Program-made: the position numbers and the translations under genes
Assembly (NCBI RefSeq): GCF_000195855.1
Contig: NC_002677.1
Location: 2,010,001 to 2,042,000, forward strand
Length of the DNA: 32,000 nucleotides
Direction: 5' to 3'
DNA from: Mycobacterium leprae TN
Lineage (GTDB): Bacteria; Actinomycetota; Actinomycetes; Mycobacteriales; Mycobacteriaceae
The notes under the pieces: generated by a model
The model's database searches: none
Seen by the model: the letters and a program-made list of their open reading frames with translations, nothing else
What the model was told of the DNA's origin: nothing
In this document: piece after piece, positions 10,074-21,706 of the stretch
Layout of the letters: the number at the start of each line of letters is the position of its first letter
Position numbering within the stretch: the first letter of the stretch is position 1

Positions 10074-11051
10074 CTAACCTCCAAAGGATTGCCAACCCGC
10101 ATGTCCCCGCCACTCCTGCCCATCGACAAGCACCCTGGCAGGCCCGTCGAATACCCGCCCGATGATGCGCCAGCCAGACAGTGCCGTACCGGCGAAACAG
10201 GCCACCAGGGCGTGGTCTTCACCGCCACCCAGCACCCACGGCCACGGATCACCGCCCACCGCGGTCGCGGCTGCAATCAGCGCGGCGTGGTCTGCAGCCA
10301 GCGCCGCGGTGGATAGGTCAATCGACACCCCGGATGCCCGCGCGACGTGACGCAGGTCGGCGATCAGACCGTCGGAGACGTCGATCATTGCTTGAGCCCC
10401 GCAAGCCGCAGCAGCAACCCCCTTACCATATGGCGGCTCAGGCACCAGATGACGGCGCCGCAGATCATCGAATCCGTCAATCCCTTTATGCCACAGGGCA
10501 TAACCGGCAGCCGAGCGACCCAGGGCGCCAGCGACAGCAACCATGGAGCCGTTTTTAGCCCCAGACCGCAATACTGGTGCGCGGCCGTCAAGATCGCCCA
10601 ACACGGTAACGGAGAGCACCCATTGAGGACAGCTAACTAAATCGCCGCCGACGATGCCGGCACCAATGCGCCCGGCCTCGTCCCACAGCCCATCGACCAA
10701 CGCGTCCACCTGCGCCACCGGCGTATCACCAGGCGCTCCCAAACCCACAACGAATGTGGTGGCCCGCGCCCCCATCGCCTCTATGTCGGCCGCGTTCTGC
10801 GCGATTGCCTTACGGCCGACATCGTGCGGTGTTGACCAGTCCAGCCGGAAATGGCGATCCTGCACCAACACATCTGTTGATACCACGATGCGACCGTCGC
10901 TGGCAGTCACCACCGCTGCATCATCGCCGGGCCCGAGTGCGACCACAGCCGGCTGCCTGCGGCCTCGCACCAGCCGGTCGATTACCGCGAACTCACCGAG
11001 CTGCTCAAGCGTTACAGACTCCCCTAACGCCCCACATTCATGGTTGCACAC
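10074..11051 (-). CDS. thiL: Thiamine-monophosphate kinase
   Basis: ESVTLEQLGEFAVIDRLV, LGPGDDAAVV, STDVLVQDRHFRLDWS, GADAALAADIEAMGA-like AQNAADIEAMGA and MIDVSDGLIADLRHVA. A GTG start at 11051 gives 325 aa; the track ORF runs to 11198. Confidence 0.93.
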   Translation of the reverse strand: MCNHECGALGESVTLEQLGEFAVIDRLVRGRRQPAVVALGPGDDAAVVTASDGRIVVSTDVLVQDRHFRLDWSTPHDVGRKAIAQNAADIEAMGARATTFVVGLGAPGDTPVAQVDALVDGLWDEAGRIGAGIVGGDLVSCPQWVLSVTVLGDLDGRAPVLRSGAKNGSMVAVAGALGRSAAGYALWHKGIDGFDDLRRRHLVPEPPYGKGVAAAACGAQAMIDVSDGLIADLRHVARASGVSIDLSTAALAADHAALIAAATAVGGDPWPWVLGGGEDHALVACFAGTALSGWRIIGRVFDGPARVLVDGQEWRGHAGWQSFGG

Positions 11052-11216
11052 GTCACTTCCTCCGGCGTGTCCCGGACCTCTGAGGCCAGCCGAACGATCG
11101 CCCGAACTGCGATAAGTTAAATCTCTGCCGACCCGCACGAGCGGACCGCCGCCAGTGTAGAGCCGGATGCGTACGGTACACGGCCCGACAATCAGCACAA
11201 CAGGAAGGAATCAGTC

Positions 11217-11810
11217 ATGGAGGTGGCTGGGCAGGTGACGAGCAACTCCGACGCTGGTTCTGCTGTCGACGCAGGCGGGCCACCACGCACCGTGATTATC
11301 GCCGCAGTGGTGCTGACAGCAGCAACGATCGGCACAATCTTGGTCCTCGCAGCAACCCTCCACGAGCCACCACAGCCAGTTGTCATTACTGCCGTCCCAG
11401 CCCCGCAGGCCACCACTGCCGCATGCCGATCGCTGACGCAAGCACTGCCTCAGCGGCTCGGCGACTATGAGCGTGCACCTGTCGCGCAACCAGCGCCCGA
11501 CGCCGTAGCCGCCTGGCGAACCGGCTCAGACACCGAGCCAGTGGTGCTGCGCTGCGGACTCGACGGCCCAGCCGAATTCGTTGTGGGTTCCCCAATCCAA
11601 GCCGTCGATCAAGTGCAGTGGTTTGAGGTGGACGCCAAACCAAAACCCGCCATTGATGCCGGCAGATCCACCTGGTACACAGTAGACCGACCAGTGTATG
11701 TCGCATTGACACTGCCATCTGGATCGGGACCGACACCCATCCAAGAACTCTCCGACGTGATCGACCGGACCTTGGCGGCCATCCCGATCAGCCCGGCTCA
11801 GTCTCACTAG
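11217..11810 (+). CDS. DUF3515-family membrane/exported protein (Rv2980-type)
   Basis: 197 aa with one N-terminal TM segment (VIIAAVVLTAATIGTILVLAA) and the region ...VVLRCGLDGPAEFVVGSPIQAVDQVQWFEVD...STWYTVDRPVYVALTLP typical of this actinobacterial family. Confidence 0.8.
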   Translation: MEVAGQVTSNSDAGSAVDAGGPPRTVIIAAVVLTAATIGTILVLAATLHEPPQPVVITAVPAPQATTAACRSLTQALPQRLGDYERAPVAQPAPDAVAAWRTGSDTEPVVLRCGLDGPAEFVVGSPIQAVDQVQWFEVDAKPKPAIDAGRSTWYTVDRPVYVALTLPSGSGPTPIQELSDVIDRTLAAIPISPAQSH

Positions 11811-11818
11811 CGAGCATG

Positions 11819-12973
11819 CTAACGCATACCCACACCCCGAGCCAATGCCGTATCCACCATGGTCGCTAGCAACGTCGGGTAGTCCACGCTACTGACCGCC
11901 CACAGCTTTGGGTACATCGAGGTCATGGTGAACCCCGGCATCGTGTTGATCTCATTGATCACCGGCCCGTCGTCGGTTAGGAAAAAGTCAACTCGTGCCA
12001 GGCCCTGGCAGTCGATAGCCCGAAACGCCTGAATCGCGAGCTGGCGCACCTCGTCAGCAACGTCATCGTCCACCTTGGCGGGCACATCTAACTCGGCTGC
12101 GTCGTCGAGATATTTGGTGGTGAAGTCGTAGAACGAATCCTCGCTTCCGCTCACCCCGGCTACCCGAATTTCCCCCACCGCGCTGGCTGCCACAGTGCCA
12201 TCCGGCATTTCGAGCACGCCGCACTCCAGTTCGCGGCCGTTAACCGCCGCCTCGACAATCACCTTCGGATCGTGCCGGCGAGCGTAGGCAATCGCGGAGG
12301 GCAGTTGACCCCAGCTCGACACCCGGCTGATACCGATAGACGAGCCACCGCGTGCGGGTTTAACGAATACCGGTAAACTCAACCGCTCACACTCCTGCCG
12401 ATGCAGCGTTGGCCGCAACGGACGCAACACCGTGTACGCGCTCAACGGCAGTCCCTCCGCAGCGAAGAGCTTCTTAGTGAATTCCTTGTCCATGCCGGCG
12501 GCGCTGGCCAGAACACCAGCTCCGACGTAGGGCACACGAGCGAGTTCCAGCAGCCCCTGGATGGTGCCGTCCTCGCCATATGGACCATGTAACACCGGGA
12601 ATACCACATCGACCGACGTCAGGACCTCTCCGGCCCCAAGGCCGGCGCCGTGTGAAAGTGACACCAGTTGACCGCTGCGCCGTGGATCGGCCGGCAGCGT
12701 CAACTCGATTCCCGATTCGCAGCTCACAGCGGGAAGCTGTCTATTGGCAATCGCCAGCGCATCCGGGTTGGGATCGGTGAGCATCCACGTCCCTTCCGGA
12801 GTGATACCAACCGCGACCACGTCAAACCGCTGTCGATCCAGATTGCGCAAGATGCTGCCGGCAGACAGACAGGAGACGGCGTGTTCGTTACTGCGCCCGC
12901 CGAATACGACGGCAACGCGCACACGGCCGCCGGATGGCAGCCAAGGCATCAAGGGCCGCTGGTAGACATTCAC
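11819..12973 (-). CDS. ddlA: D-alanine--D-alanine ligase
   Basis: 384 aa with [80 protein letters not shown]. Confidence 0.96.
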   Translation of the reverse strand: MNVYQRPLMPWLPSGGRVRVAVVFGGRSNEHAVSCLSAGSILRNLDRQRFDVVAVGITPEGTWMLTDPNPDALAIANRQLPAVSCESGIELTLPADPRRSGQLVSLSHGAGLGAGEVLTSVDVVFPVLHGPYGEDGTIQGLLELARVPYVGAGVLASAAGMDKEFTKKLFAAEGLPLSAYTVLRPLRPTLHRQECERLSLPVFVKPARGGSSIGISRVSSWGQLPSAIAYARRHDPKVIVEAAVNGRELECGVLEMPDGTVAASAVGEIRVAGVSGSEDSFYDFTTKYLDDAAELDVPAKVDDDVADEVRQLAIQAFRAIDCQGLARVDFFLTDDGPVINEINTMPGFTMTSMYPKLWAVSSVDYPTLLATMVDTALARGVGMR

Positions 12974-13084
12974 AGCCTAAAGAGGCTACCGGTCAAGCAG
13001 CTCCAAGAGCAGCTAAAACTCTGAACTAGGCCTTCTAGGCTACTCACGGTCCACCTGGGCGGGCCCCGTCACATTCCGGCGTGG

Positions 13085-14143
13085 TTACTCAGACTTAGTA
13101 CTGCGGCCCAACAGCAGAGCCATCGCCTTCTCGACCGAGAGTCCCTTGTGACAAACTCGGTGGACGGCGTCAGTTAGCGGCATCTCGACGTCATAACTGG
13201 ACGCTAGCGCGAGTACCGACGCGCACGACGTCACACCCTCGACGACGTAGCCGTCTCCGCCATCGGAACCATCCATACCGTGCAAGATCGACTGCATGAT
13301 CTCGCCCCGGCCCAAGCGTTCGCCGAGTGACCGGTTACGCGAATGCGGCGATGTGCAGGTGGCCACCAAATCACCTACCCCCGCCAGACCGGCCAACGTA
13401 GTAACCTGGGCGCCTAGCGCCATCCCCAGCCGGATGATCTCCGCCAGGCCCCGAGTAATGATCGTCGCCGCGGTGTTTTCGCCGAACCCGACACCCGCAG
13501 CCATCCCGCACGCCAGCGCTATGACGTTCTTGCATACCCCGCCGATCTCGGTGCCGACGACATCGCTGTTGGTGTACGGCCGAAAGTAGCCACTGCTTAG
13601 CATGCGCTGCAAAGCGACGGCTCGGCCCAAGTCGCTGCACGCGATGACGGTGGCTGCGGGCTGGCATTGAGCAATCTCGCTAGCCAGGTTGGGTCCCGAA
13701 AGCACCGCGACCTGCGCCGGGTCCACGCCAGTTACCGAGACAATGACCTGACTCATCCGCATCAGCGTGCCCAGCTCGATGCCTTTTGCCAGACTCACCA
13801 GGGTCGCGCCGTCGGCCACCAAACCACCCCACCGCTCGAGGTTGGCCCGCATCCGCTGCGCCGGCACCCCCAATAGCACCGTCGACGCACCGCGCAGCGC
13901 ATCTGCTGGATCGGCGGTAGCGCGGATACCTGGCGGAAGCAGTGTTCCCGGTAGATAGGCGCGGTTACATCGGGTGGTATTGATCCGCTCAGCGACATCC
14001 GGTCGCCGAGCCCACAATACGACTCCGGCCTCCGGTCCGCCGGCATCGATAAGCACCTTGGCCAGTGCAGTGCCCCATGCACCAGCGCCCATCACCGCGA
14101 CAGCACTCTCTGAACGGACCACTATGCCGGCCATCTCCACCAC
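13085..14143 (-). CDS. gpdA2: Glycerol-3-phosphate dehydrogenase [NAD(P)+]
   Basis: 352 aa with [16 protein letters not shown] (Rossmann), [50 protein letters not shown]-like motif. Confidence 0.94.
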   Translation of the reverse strand: MVEMAGIVVRSESAVAVMGAGAWGTALAKVLIDAGGPEAGVVLWARRPDVAERINTTRCNRAYLPGTLLPPGIRATADPADALRGASTVLLGVPAQRMRANLERWGGLVADGATLVSLAKGIELGTLMRMSQVIVSVTGVDPAQVAVLSGPNLASEIAQCQPAATVIACSDLGRAVALQRMLSSGYFRPYTNSDVVGTEIGGVCKNVIALACGMAAGVGFGENTAATIITRGLAEIIRLGMALGAQVTTLAGLAGVGDLVATCTSPHSRNRSLGERLGRGEIMQSILHGMDGSDGGDGYVVEGVTSCASVLALASSYDVEMPLTDAVHRVCHKGLSVEKAMALLLGRSTKSE

Positions 14144-14432
14144 CCCCGTAGTTGTTTAAAGCGGCATCTGCAGCAGGTACGGCACAGACCAACACGGGCT
14201 ATCGTCACGCTAGTCACGATCACGCGCTAACGTGGCGCTGGGCTGCGGTCGTTACTCTATCGGTAAGTCGTATCGGTGATACGTGGATCAGGCAGCTTGG
14301 TCGATGTCGGCCTCATATTTCCAGCGGTCAGACTTTAGGTGCGTTATAGCAAATCCGTGAAACTAAGATTTTGCTGGTAGGGGCGTCGCCGATCCCTATG
14401 AAGACCAGCGTCACGCTCCTGTCGATCAACAC

Positions 14433-14454
14433 GGAAGTGTATTGTGACACTTCC
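14433..14454. promoter_or_regulatory. Perfect 8-bp inverted repeat GGAAGTGT-N6-ACACTTCC, candidate operator or stem-loop
   Basis: Sequence GGAAGTGTATTGTGACACTTCC, read directly. It lies in the gpdA2-fbiD divergent intergenic region, ~227 bp upstream of the fbiD start. Function unproven. Confidence 0.35.
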
Positions 14455-14602
14455 TGTTCCAATCGAAGTCTAATATCGAGCTGGCAGATTCGGCCGCCGC
14501 TTCGGGCATACAGTCGGCTGCTGGGTTGGTCGTCGAGACTGCAGTGCCGATACCCAAGTTAGACTTGGGAATCGCCAGTCATACCACGACACAACACTCT
14601 AG

Positions 14603-15331
<729 letters not shown>

Positions 15332-15414
15332 CCCCAACCAGCTACAGGATCCCAAATGGTAAACAGCACACCAACGCGGAATGAATGGCCACAGCGTGAT
15401 AGCAGCACCATCGG

Positions 15415-17634
15415 ATGATGAGCAATGATCTTTTGGTGACCGACATCGAAGCTGAGGCCCGTACCGAAGAGAATATATGGCATTCAGACAACTCCGCCCT
15501 CGCAGCACCGCCCGCGGCGACCACCTCTGCGAGTCAGGACCAGCTGCCCGACGACCGCTACCTCAACCGGGAATCAAGTTGGCTGGATTTCAATGCGCGT
15601 GTGCTCGCACTAGCCGCCGATAACTCGTTGCCTTTGTTGGAGCGAGCCAAGTTTCTGGCTATCTTCGCATCCAATCTCGACGAGTTCTACATGGTTCGAG
15701 TCGCCGGCCTCAAGCGCCGCGACGAGATGGACTTGTCGGTGCGCTCTGCTGACGGTCTCACCCCACGTGAGCAACTGAGCCGCATAGGCGAGCAGACCCA
15801 ATGGATCGCCAGCCGGCACGCGCGGGTGTTCCTCGATTCGGTGTTACCCGCACTCGGTGAGGAGGGTATCTACATTGTCACGTGGACGGATTTAGATCAG
15901 GCCGAACGTGACCAGTTATCGACCTATTTCAACGAGCAGGTCTTCCCCGTCCTGACACCACTGGCTGTCGATCCCGCCCACCCGTTTCCGTTTGTCAGCG
16001 GGTTAAGTCTGAACCTGGCTGTCACCGTCAAGCAACCCGAAGACGGTACCCAGCATTTCGCCCGGGTCAAAGTGCCTAACAACGTCGATCGATTCGTAGA
16101 ACTCGCTAACCGCGGGGCGGTCAGAGATACCTCTGCCGGAGATGAAGGTCAGCTCATTCACCGGTTCCTGCCCATGGAGGAGCTGATCGCGGCATTCCTT
16201 CCGGTGCTCTTCCCTGGCACGGAAATCGTCGAGCATCATGCATTCCGCATTACCCGCAACGCTGACTTCGAGGTTGAAGAAGACCGTGACGAAGACCTAC
16301 TACAGGCGCTGGAACGAGAATTGGCGCGTCGACGGTTCGGTTCGCCGGTGCGACTCGAGATCGCCGACGACATGACCGAGAGCATGCTGGAACTGCTGTT
16401 GCGGGAACTCGACGTGCATCCCAGCGACGTCATCGAAGTGCCCGGGCTGCTTGACCTGTCGTCGTTGTGGCAAATTTACGGGCTGGACCGACCCGCACTC
16501 AAAGACCGCGCATTCATTCCCGACACTCATCCCGCTTTCGCCGAACGGGAAACTCCCAAGAGCATCTTCGCGACGCTGCGCGAAGGCGATGTTCTGGTGC
16601 ACCATCCCTATCACTCGTTTGCCACCAGCGTGCAGAGATTCATTGAACAGGCCACCGCCGACCCCGATGTGCTGGCGATCAAACAAACGCTGTACCGCAC
16701 CTCCGGTGATTCACCGATCGTGCTGGCGCTCATCGAAGCTGCCGAGGCAGGAAAGCAAGTGGTGGCACTGGTCGAAATCAAGGCTCGCTTTGACGAGCAG
16801 GCCAACATCCGGTGGGCGCGCGCGCTGGAACACGCAGGCGTGCATGTGGTGTACGGGATCGTTGGGCTCAAGACACACTGCAAGACCTGCCTCGTGGTGC
16901 GCCGTGAGGGCCCGACGATCCGGCGGTACTGCCATATCGGAACCGGCAACTACAACAGCAAGACCGCTCGACTGTACGAAGATGTCGGTCTGTTGACCGC
17001 AGCACCCGATATCGGCGCCGACTTGACTGACTTGTTCAACTCGCTTACCGGCTACTCGCGTAAGCTGGCTTACCGCAACCTTCTGGTGGCACCGTATGGA
17101 ATTCGCCGAGGCATTATCGAGCGGGTCGAGCGCGAGGTGGCCGCCCATCGCGAATCCGGCCCCCAAACCGGTAAGGGCCTGATCCGACTCAAGATGAACG
17201 CTCTGGTCGACGAACAAGTTATCGATGCGCTGTATCGCGCGTCACAGGCAGGCGTGCGGGTCGAGGTGGTGGTGCGCGGCATCTGCGCACTACGCCCAGG
17301 CACCGAAGGTTTTTCGGAAAACATTTTCGTCCGCTCGATTCTCGGCCGTTTCCTCGAGCATTCACGGATCATCCATTTCCGAGCCATCGATGAGTTCTGG
17401 ATCGGAAGCGCCGACATGATGCACCGCAACCTAGATCGACGAGTCGAGGTGCTGGCGCAAGTTAAAGACTCGAGGCTGACCGCGCAGCTAGATGAGTTGT
17501 TGAAGTCCGCGCTGGACCCGTTCACCCGGTGTTGGGAACTGCGACCCGACGGGCAGTGGACCGCTTCGCCGCAGAAAGGCCAGCAGGTGCGCGACCACCA
17601 AGAATCGTTGATGGAACGGCACCGCAGCCGCTGA
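15415..17634 (+). CDS. ppk: Polyphosphate kinase
   Basis: 739 aa with [36 protein letters not shown]-like [69 protein letters not shown] and a C-terminal [13 protein letters not shown]. Confidence 0.97.
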
Positions 17635-17703
17635 CGCTGTGTGATGATCTTTTCGGCCACATCCACAATGTGTGAGCTACCCTGACTCAATTGACCTGCA
17701 AGG

Positions 17704-18648
17704 ATGTTAATGGTGGCGATCTGGAACTCGTCCTGTCAATGGCCAAAGAGTCAAATCGTGTACGCTGCGGGGGCGGTGTTGTGGCGACCAGGCAATTCCG
17801 ACCCGGCCGTCGAGATTGCCGTGATCCATCGTCCCCGTTACGATGACTGGTCACTGTCCAAGGGCAAAGTTGACCCCGGTGAGACCGCTCCGATGGCGGC
17901 CGTGCGCGAAGTGTTCGAGGAGACAGGCCATCACGCTACCCTTGGCGCGCGGCTCGTCGTGGTGAATTACCCAATCGGTCAACACGTCAAGAAGGTGTAC
18001 TACTGGGCAGCTCGCAGCATTGAGGGACAATTTGTCCCGGGCAGCGAGGTCGACGAGCTGCTCTGGCTGCCGGTTGTCGACGCAATGAAAAAACTTGATT
18101 ACGTGCAGGATCGAAAAGTCCTGCGCCAGTTCGCTAAACAACCAGCTTATACGCGGACCGTGTTGATCGTCCGGCACGGAACCGCCGGCCGGAAGTCACG
18201 CTTATCGGAGGATGACACCAAACGACCTTTGGACAAACAGGGTCGCGCACAAGCGGAGGCATTGATTGGACAGCTGCTGGCTTTTGGTGCCACCGATGTG
18301 TATGCGGCCGACCAGTTACACTGTCATCAGACAGTAGAACCGCTCGCCGCAGAACTAGGTGTGCCGATCCACAACGAGCCCAGTTTGACCAAGGAGGCCT
18401 TCGCCAAAAACCCCAAACGTGGCCTACACCGAGTGTTGCGGATCGCGGCGCAGTCAGGAACACCGGTGATCTGCTTGCAGGGCAAGATAATTCCAGACCT
18501 GATCGCGTGGTGGTGCGAACGCGATGGAGTGCGCCCCAAAAAATCGCACAATTACAAGGGCAGTACTTGGGTGCTGTCACTATTAGCCGGTCAGCTAGTG
18601 GCTGTCGACCACGTCGGCAGCACGCTCGCAGCCAACGTACAGCCCTAA
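17704..18648 (+). CDS. mutT1: MutT1-like two-domain protein: Nudix hydrolase plus histidine phosphatase
   Basis: 314 aa with complete Nudix box [23 protein letters not shown] and RHG motif [12 protein letters not shown]. The start may be a few codons downstream of 17704. Confidence 0.93.
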   Translation: MLMVAIWNSSCQWPKSQIVYAAGAVLWRPGNSDPAVEIAVIHRPRYDDWSLSKGKVDPGETAPMAAVREVFEETGHHATLGARLVVVNYPIGQHVKKVYYWAARSIEGQFVPGSEVDELLWLPVVDAMKKLDYVQDRKVLRQFAKQPAYTRTVLIVRHGTAGRKSRLSEDDTKRPLDKQGRAQAEALIGQLLAFGATDVYAADQLHCHQTVEPLAAELGVPIHNEPSLTKEAFAKNPKRGLHRVLRIAAQSGTPVICLQGKIIPDLIAWWCERDGVRPKKSHNYKGSTWVLSLLAGQLVAVDHVGSTLAANVQP

Positions 18649-18716
18649 CACGCAGATACCCTCCGGGTGAAAGTAACGCCTACCGAAAGGTATCTGCGTT
18701 AGACTGTCTATTTTCT

Positions 18717-19319
18717 TTACTTGCGACCCCGCTTAGCTGCGGTAACCTTCTTGGCAGGAGCCTTCTTCACCGCTGCCTTCTTGGCCAGCGCCCTGGTCGT
18801 GGCCTTGCGTACCGGAGCCTTGGCGGCGACCTTCTTGACCACTTTTGTCGCCTTTTTAGCCGGAACTTTCACGGCCGTGGTGATTTTCTTGGCGGGCGCC
18901 TTCACGGCCTTCTTGGCCGGAGCCTTGGTCGCCGCCTTCTTGGCCAGCGCCTTCTTAACCGGAGCCTTCTTAATCGCTGCCTTCTTGGCAGCGCTGGTCG
19001 CTACACCACGCTTGACAGCGGGACCTTCCAACGGGAGACGCTGTGCGCCAGCCACAACCGCTTTAAATTGCGCACCCGGACGAAACGCCGGGACGGACGT
19101 CGGCTTCACCTTCACCGTTTCGCCGGTACGGGGGTTACGAGCCACGCGCGCAGCCCGGCGACGCTGCTCGAACACACCGAACCCGGTAATGGTGACGCTG
19201 TCGCCCTTGTGTACAGCACGCACAATGGTGTCAACGACATTCTCGACGGCAGCGGTCGCCTGCCGACGGTCCGAGCCCAATTTCTGTGTCAGCACGTCAA
19301 TGAGCTCTGCTTTGTTCAT
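18717..19319 (-). CDS. hupB: DNA-binding protein HU with long Lys/Ala/Pro-rich C-terminal tail (mycobacterial histone-like protein Hlp/HupB)
   Basis: [52 protein letters not shown]...[26 protein letters not shown], followed by a ~95 aa KKA/PAKK-rich tail. AGGAGG-like RBS upstream. Confidence 0.97.
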   Translation of the reverse strand: MNKAELIDVLTQKLGSDRRQATAAVENVVDTIVRAVHKGDSVTITGFGVFEQRRRAARVARNPRTGETVKVKPTSVPAFRPGAQFKAVVAGAQRLPLEGPAVKRGVATSAAKKAAIKKAPVKKALAKKAATKAPAKKAVKAPAKKITTAVKVPAKKATKVVKKVAAKAPVRKATTRALAKKAAVKKAPAKKVTAAKRGRK

Positions 19320-19532
19320 CCAAATCCTCCGAAGTCAGTGGTCCTCGTTTTTGAACCGACTAATGGACACGGTAAACCCTCAGCCCATTGATTTCCAAGA
19401 GCCACGCGCAATTTCACCGATCCTGCGGCGGCAATTATCGCAATCAGGTTGCCGCCCTTGACCGGTGGCGGGAACAGAAAATGGGCCTGGCTGTGTTGGT
19501 GAGCAAGCGAAAAATCCTGCCAGTGCGACCCG

Positions 19533-20129
19533 TCAGGTGGTGGGCAGGGTGCGCGGTTTCCACGCAGGACGCGCCGACTCAAACGCCTCGATCTCGTCAA
19601 GTTTCCGCAGATTAAGAGCTATATCGTCGAGTCCTTCGAGCAATCGCCAAGCAGTGTAGTCATCAATCTTGAACGGCAACACCACCGTTGCAGCATTGAT
19701 ATTTCGATCTTGAAGATTGACAGTGATTTCCAACCCCGGCTTCTGCTCGATGAGTTTCCACAGAAATTCGACATCATCTTGGGCTACTTGAGCTGCCAGC
19801 AACCCCGCCTTGCCCGCGTTACCGTGAAAAATATCACCAAATCGAGACGAGATAACCACCCGGAATCCGTAGTCCATGAGCGCCCACACCGCATGCTCAC
19901 GCGACGACCCGATCCCGAAATCAGGACCGACGACCAGGACTGAGCCCCGATCAAAGGGGCTGAGGTTGAGCACGAATGAGGGATCGACCCGCCACGTAGC
20001 GAACAAGCCGTCCTCGAAACCGTTTCGAGTGACACGCTTCAAAAAGACCGCCGGAATGATCTGATCGGTATCGACATTGGACCGCCGCAACGGCACGCCG
20101 ATACCGGTATGGACGCGGAAAGCTTGCAT
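19533..20129 (-). CDS. leuD: 3-isopropylmalate dehydratase small subunit
   Basis: 198 aa: [64 protein letters not shown]. Confidence 0.97.
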   Translation of the reverse strand: MQAFRVHTGIGVPLRRSNVDTDQIIPAVFLKRVTRNGFEDGLFATWRVDPSFVLNLSPFDRGSVLVVGPDFGIGSSREHAVWALMDYGFRVVISSRFGDIFHGNAGKAGLLAAQVAQDDVEFLWKLIEQKPGLEITVNLQDRNINAATVVLPFKIDDYTAWRLLEGLDDIALNLRKLDEIEAFESARPAWKPRTLPTT

Positions 20130-20171
20130 AATTTATCCTCCACTCCTCTATCTCAGTTCAAGCCGGCCGAG

Positions 20172-21629
20172 TTAGTTCAAATCGGCCGGAGCAGAGAAAG
20201 TGCCGCGAACCGCGGTGGCAGCGGCGACGGCCGGGGATACCAAATGTGTACGGCCACCCTTGCCTTGCCGTCCTTCGAAGTTTCGGTTGGACGTCGCAGC
20301 GCACCGCTCCCCGGGCGCAAGCTGATCGGGGTTCATGCCCAGACACATCGAACAACCCGGCTGCCGCCACTGCGCTCCCGCAGTAATAAAAATCTCACCG
20401 AGCCCCTCGGCTTCAGCCTGCGCACGTACCCGCATCGAGCCGGGGACGATCAGCATCCGCACACCGTCGGCCACCTTGTGGCCACGTAACACATCGGCCA
20501 CCAACCGCAGATCCTCAATGCGGCCGTTGGTACACGACCCAACGAACACCGCATCGACCGCAATATCGCGCATCGGTGTACCTGGGCGAAGGTCCATGTA
20601 CGCCAAAGCTTTCTCGGCGGCTTGTCGGGCAACATCGTCAATCATCAGTTCGGGATCAGGCACAGATGCGGCCAACGGCACTCCTTGACCGGGGTTTGTC
20701 CCCCAGGTGACAAACGGGCTCAACGAGGTCGCATCGAGATAGACCTCGGTGTCGAACACAGCGTCGTCGTCAGTGCGCAGCTGTTGCCAGTAGGCTACTG
20801 CGGCATCCCATTGCTTGCCAGTCGGTGCGTGCGGACGGTCACGTAAGAACTCGTAGGTAGTCTCGTCGGGAGCCACCATTCCTGCTCGAGCACCGGCTTC
20901 GATGCTCATGTTGCAGATCGTCATCCGTCCTTCCATGGACATCGATTCGATGACACTGCCCCGGTATTCGAGTACATAGCCCTGCCCGCCGCCGGTGCCA
21001 ATCTTAGCAATCAACGCAAGGATGATGTCCTTGGCTGTGACGCCGGCGGGCAACCGCCCATCGACAGTGACCGCCATTGTCTTGAATGGGCGCAACGGCA
21101 GCGTTTGGGTAGCGAGTACATGCTCGATCTCCGAGGTGCCGATGCCCATCGCGATTGCACCAAAAGCGCCATGGGTAGAGGTGTGACTGTCGCCGCAAAC
21201 GATCGTCATGCCCGGTTGAGTGAGGCCTAACTGTGGCCCTACGACATGAACGATGCCCTGCTCGATATCGCCCATCGGGTGTAACCGGACACCAAATTCG
21301 GCGCAGTTGCGCCGCAACGTCTCCACTTGAATGCGCGACACCGGGTCAGCGATCGGCTTGTCGATGTCGACGGTGGGCACGTTGTGATCCTCGGTGGCCA
21401 CTGTTAAATCGGGGCGCCGCACCCACCGGCCGGCCAAGCGCAGGCCATCGAAAGCCTGCGGGCTGGTGACCTCGTGCACCAAATGTAGATCGATGTAAAT
21501 CAAATCGGGACCCCGATCTTGATGGTAGCCCTGACCGGCTACCACAACGTGGTCGTCCCAAACCTTTTCGGCCAACGTGCGCGGTTTGCGGGCGCCACCC
21601 ACTTGTTTCCTCTCGTTATCCATCTCCAA
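20172..21629 (-). CDS. leuC: 3-isopropylmalate dehydratase large subunit
   Basis: 485 aa ORF: [90 protein letters not shown]. The exact start is uncertain by a few codons. Confidence 0.96.
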   Translation of the reverse strand: MEMDNERKQVGGARKPRTLAEKVWDDHVVVAGQGYHQDRGPDLIYIDLHLVHEVTSPQAFDGLRLAGRWVRRPDLTVATEDHNVPTVDIDKPIADPVSRIQVETLRRNCAEFGVRLHPMGDIEQGIVHVVGPQLGLTQPGMTIVCGDSHTSTHGAFGAIAMGIGTSEIEHVLATQTLPLRPFKTMAVTVDGRLPAGVTAKDIILALIAKIGTGGGQGYVLEYRGSVIESMSMEGRMTICNMSIEAGARAGMVAPDETTYEFLRDRPHAPTGKQWDAAVAYWQQLRTDDDAVFDTEVYLDATSLSPFVTWGTNPGQGVPLAASVPDPELMIDDVARQAAEKALAYMDLRPGTPMRDIAVDAVFVGSCTNGRIEDLRLVADVLRGHKVADGVRMLIVPGSMRVRAQAEAEGLGEIFITAGAQWRQPGCSMCLGMNPDQLAPGERCAATSNRNFEGRQGKGGRTHLVSPAVAAATAVRGTFSAPADLN

Positions 21630-21661
21630 GCGCCTCGATTCGCCTCATTTGCGGCTCGCCG

Positions 21662-21701
21662 ATCAATCCATATTGATATCGCAGAATACGAGACTGATAT
21701 C
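21662..21701. promoter_or_regulatory. Candidate IclR-type operator region between leuC and the IclR pseudogene
   Basis: Inverted repeat ATCAAT-CCAT-ATTGAT (21662-21677), overlapping a directly repeated TGATATC (21674-21680 and 21695-21701, 21 bp apart). It lies in the 77-bp divergent promoter region. Confidence 0.4.
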
Positions 21702-21706
21702 TCTCT

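Noticed and set aside
11051-11198. Upstream extension of the thiL ORF to 11198
   Set aside because: Extra N-terminal residues (MLIVGPCTVRIRLYTGG...) are not typical of ThiL. The GTG at 11051 gives a canonical length and leaves a proper divergent promoter region.
12668-13024. Plus-strand ORFs antisense to ddlA, including 12668..13024
   Set aside because: Shadow frames of a conserved gene; no motif and no plausible ribosome-binding context.
18507-19461. Plus-strand ORFs 18507..19391 (294 aa) and 18721..19461 (246 aa) with repetitive [23 protein letters not shown] or [16 protein letters not shown]-like sequence
   Set aside because: The repetitiveness is the mirror image of the Lys/Ala tail codons of hupB on the minus strand. 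They are antisense artefacts, not a membrane or repeat protein.
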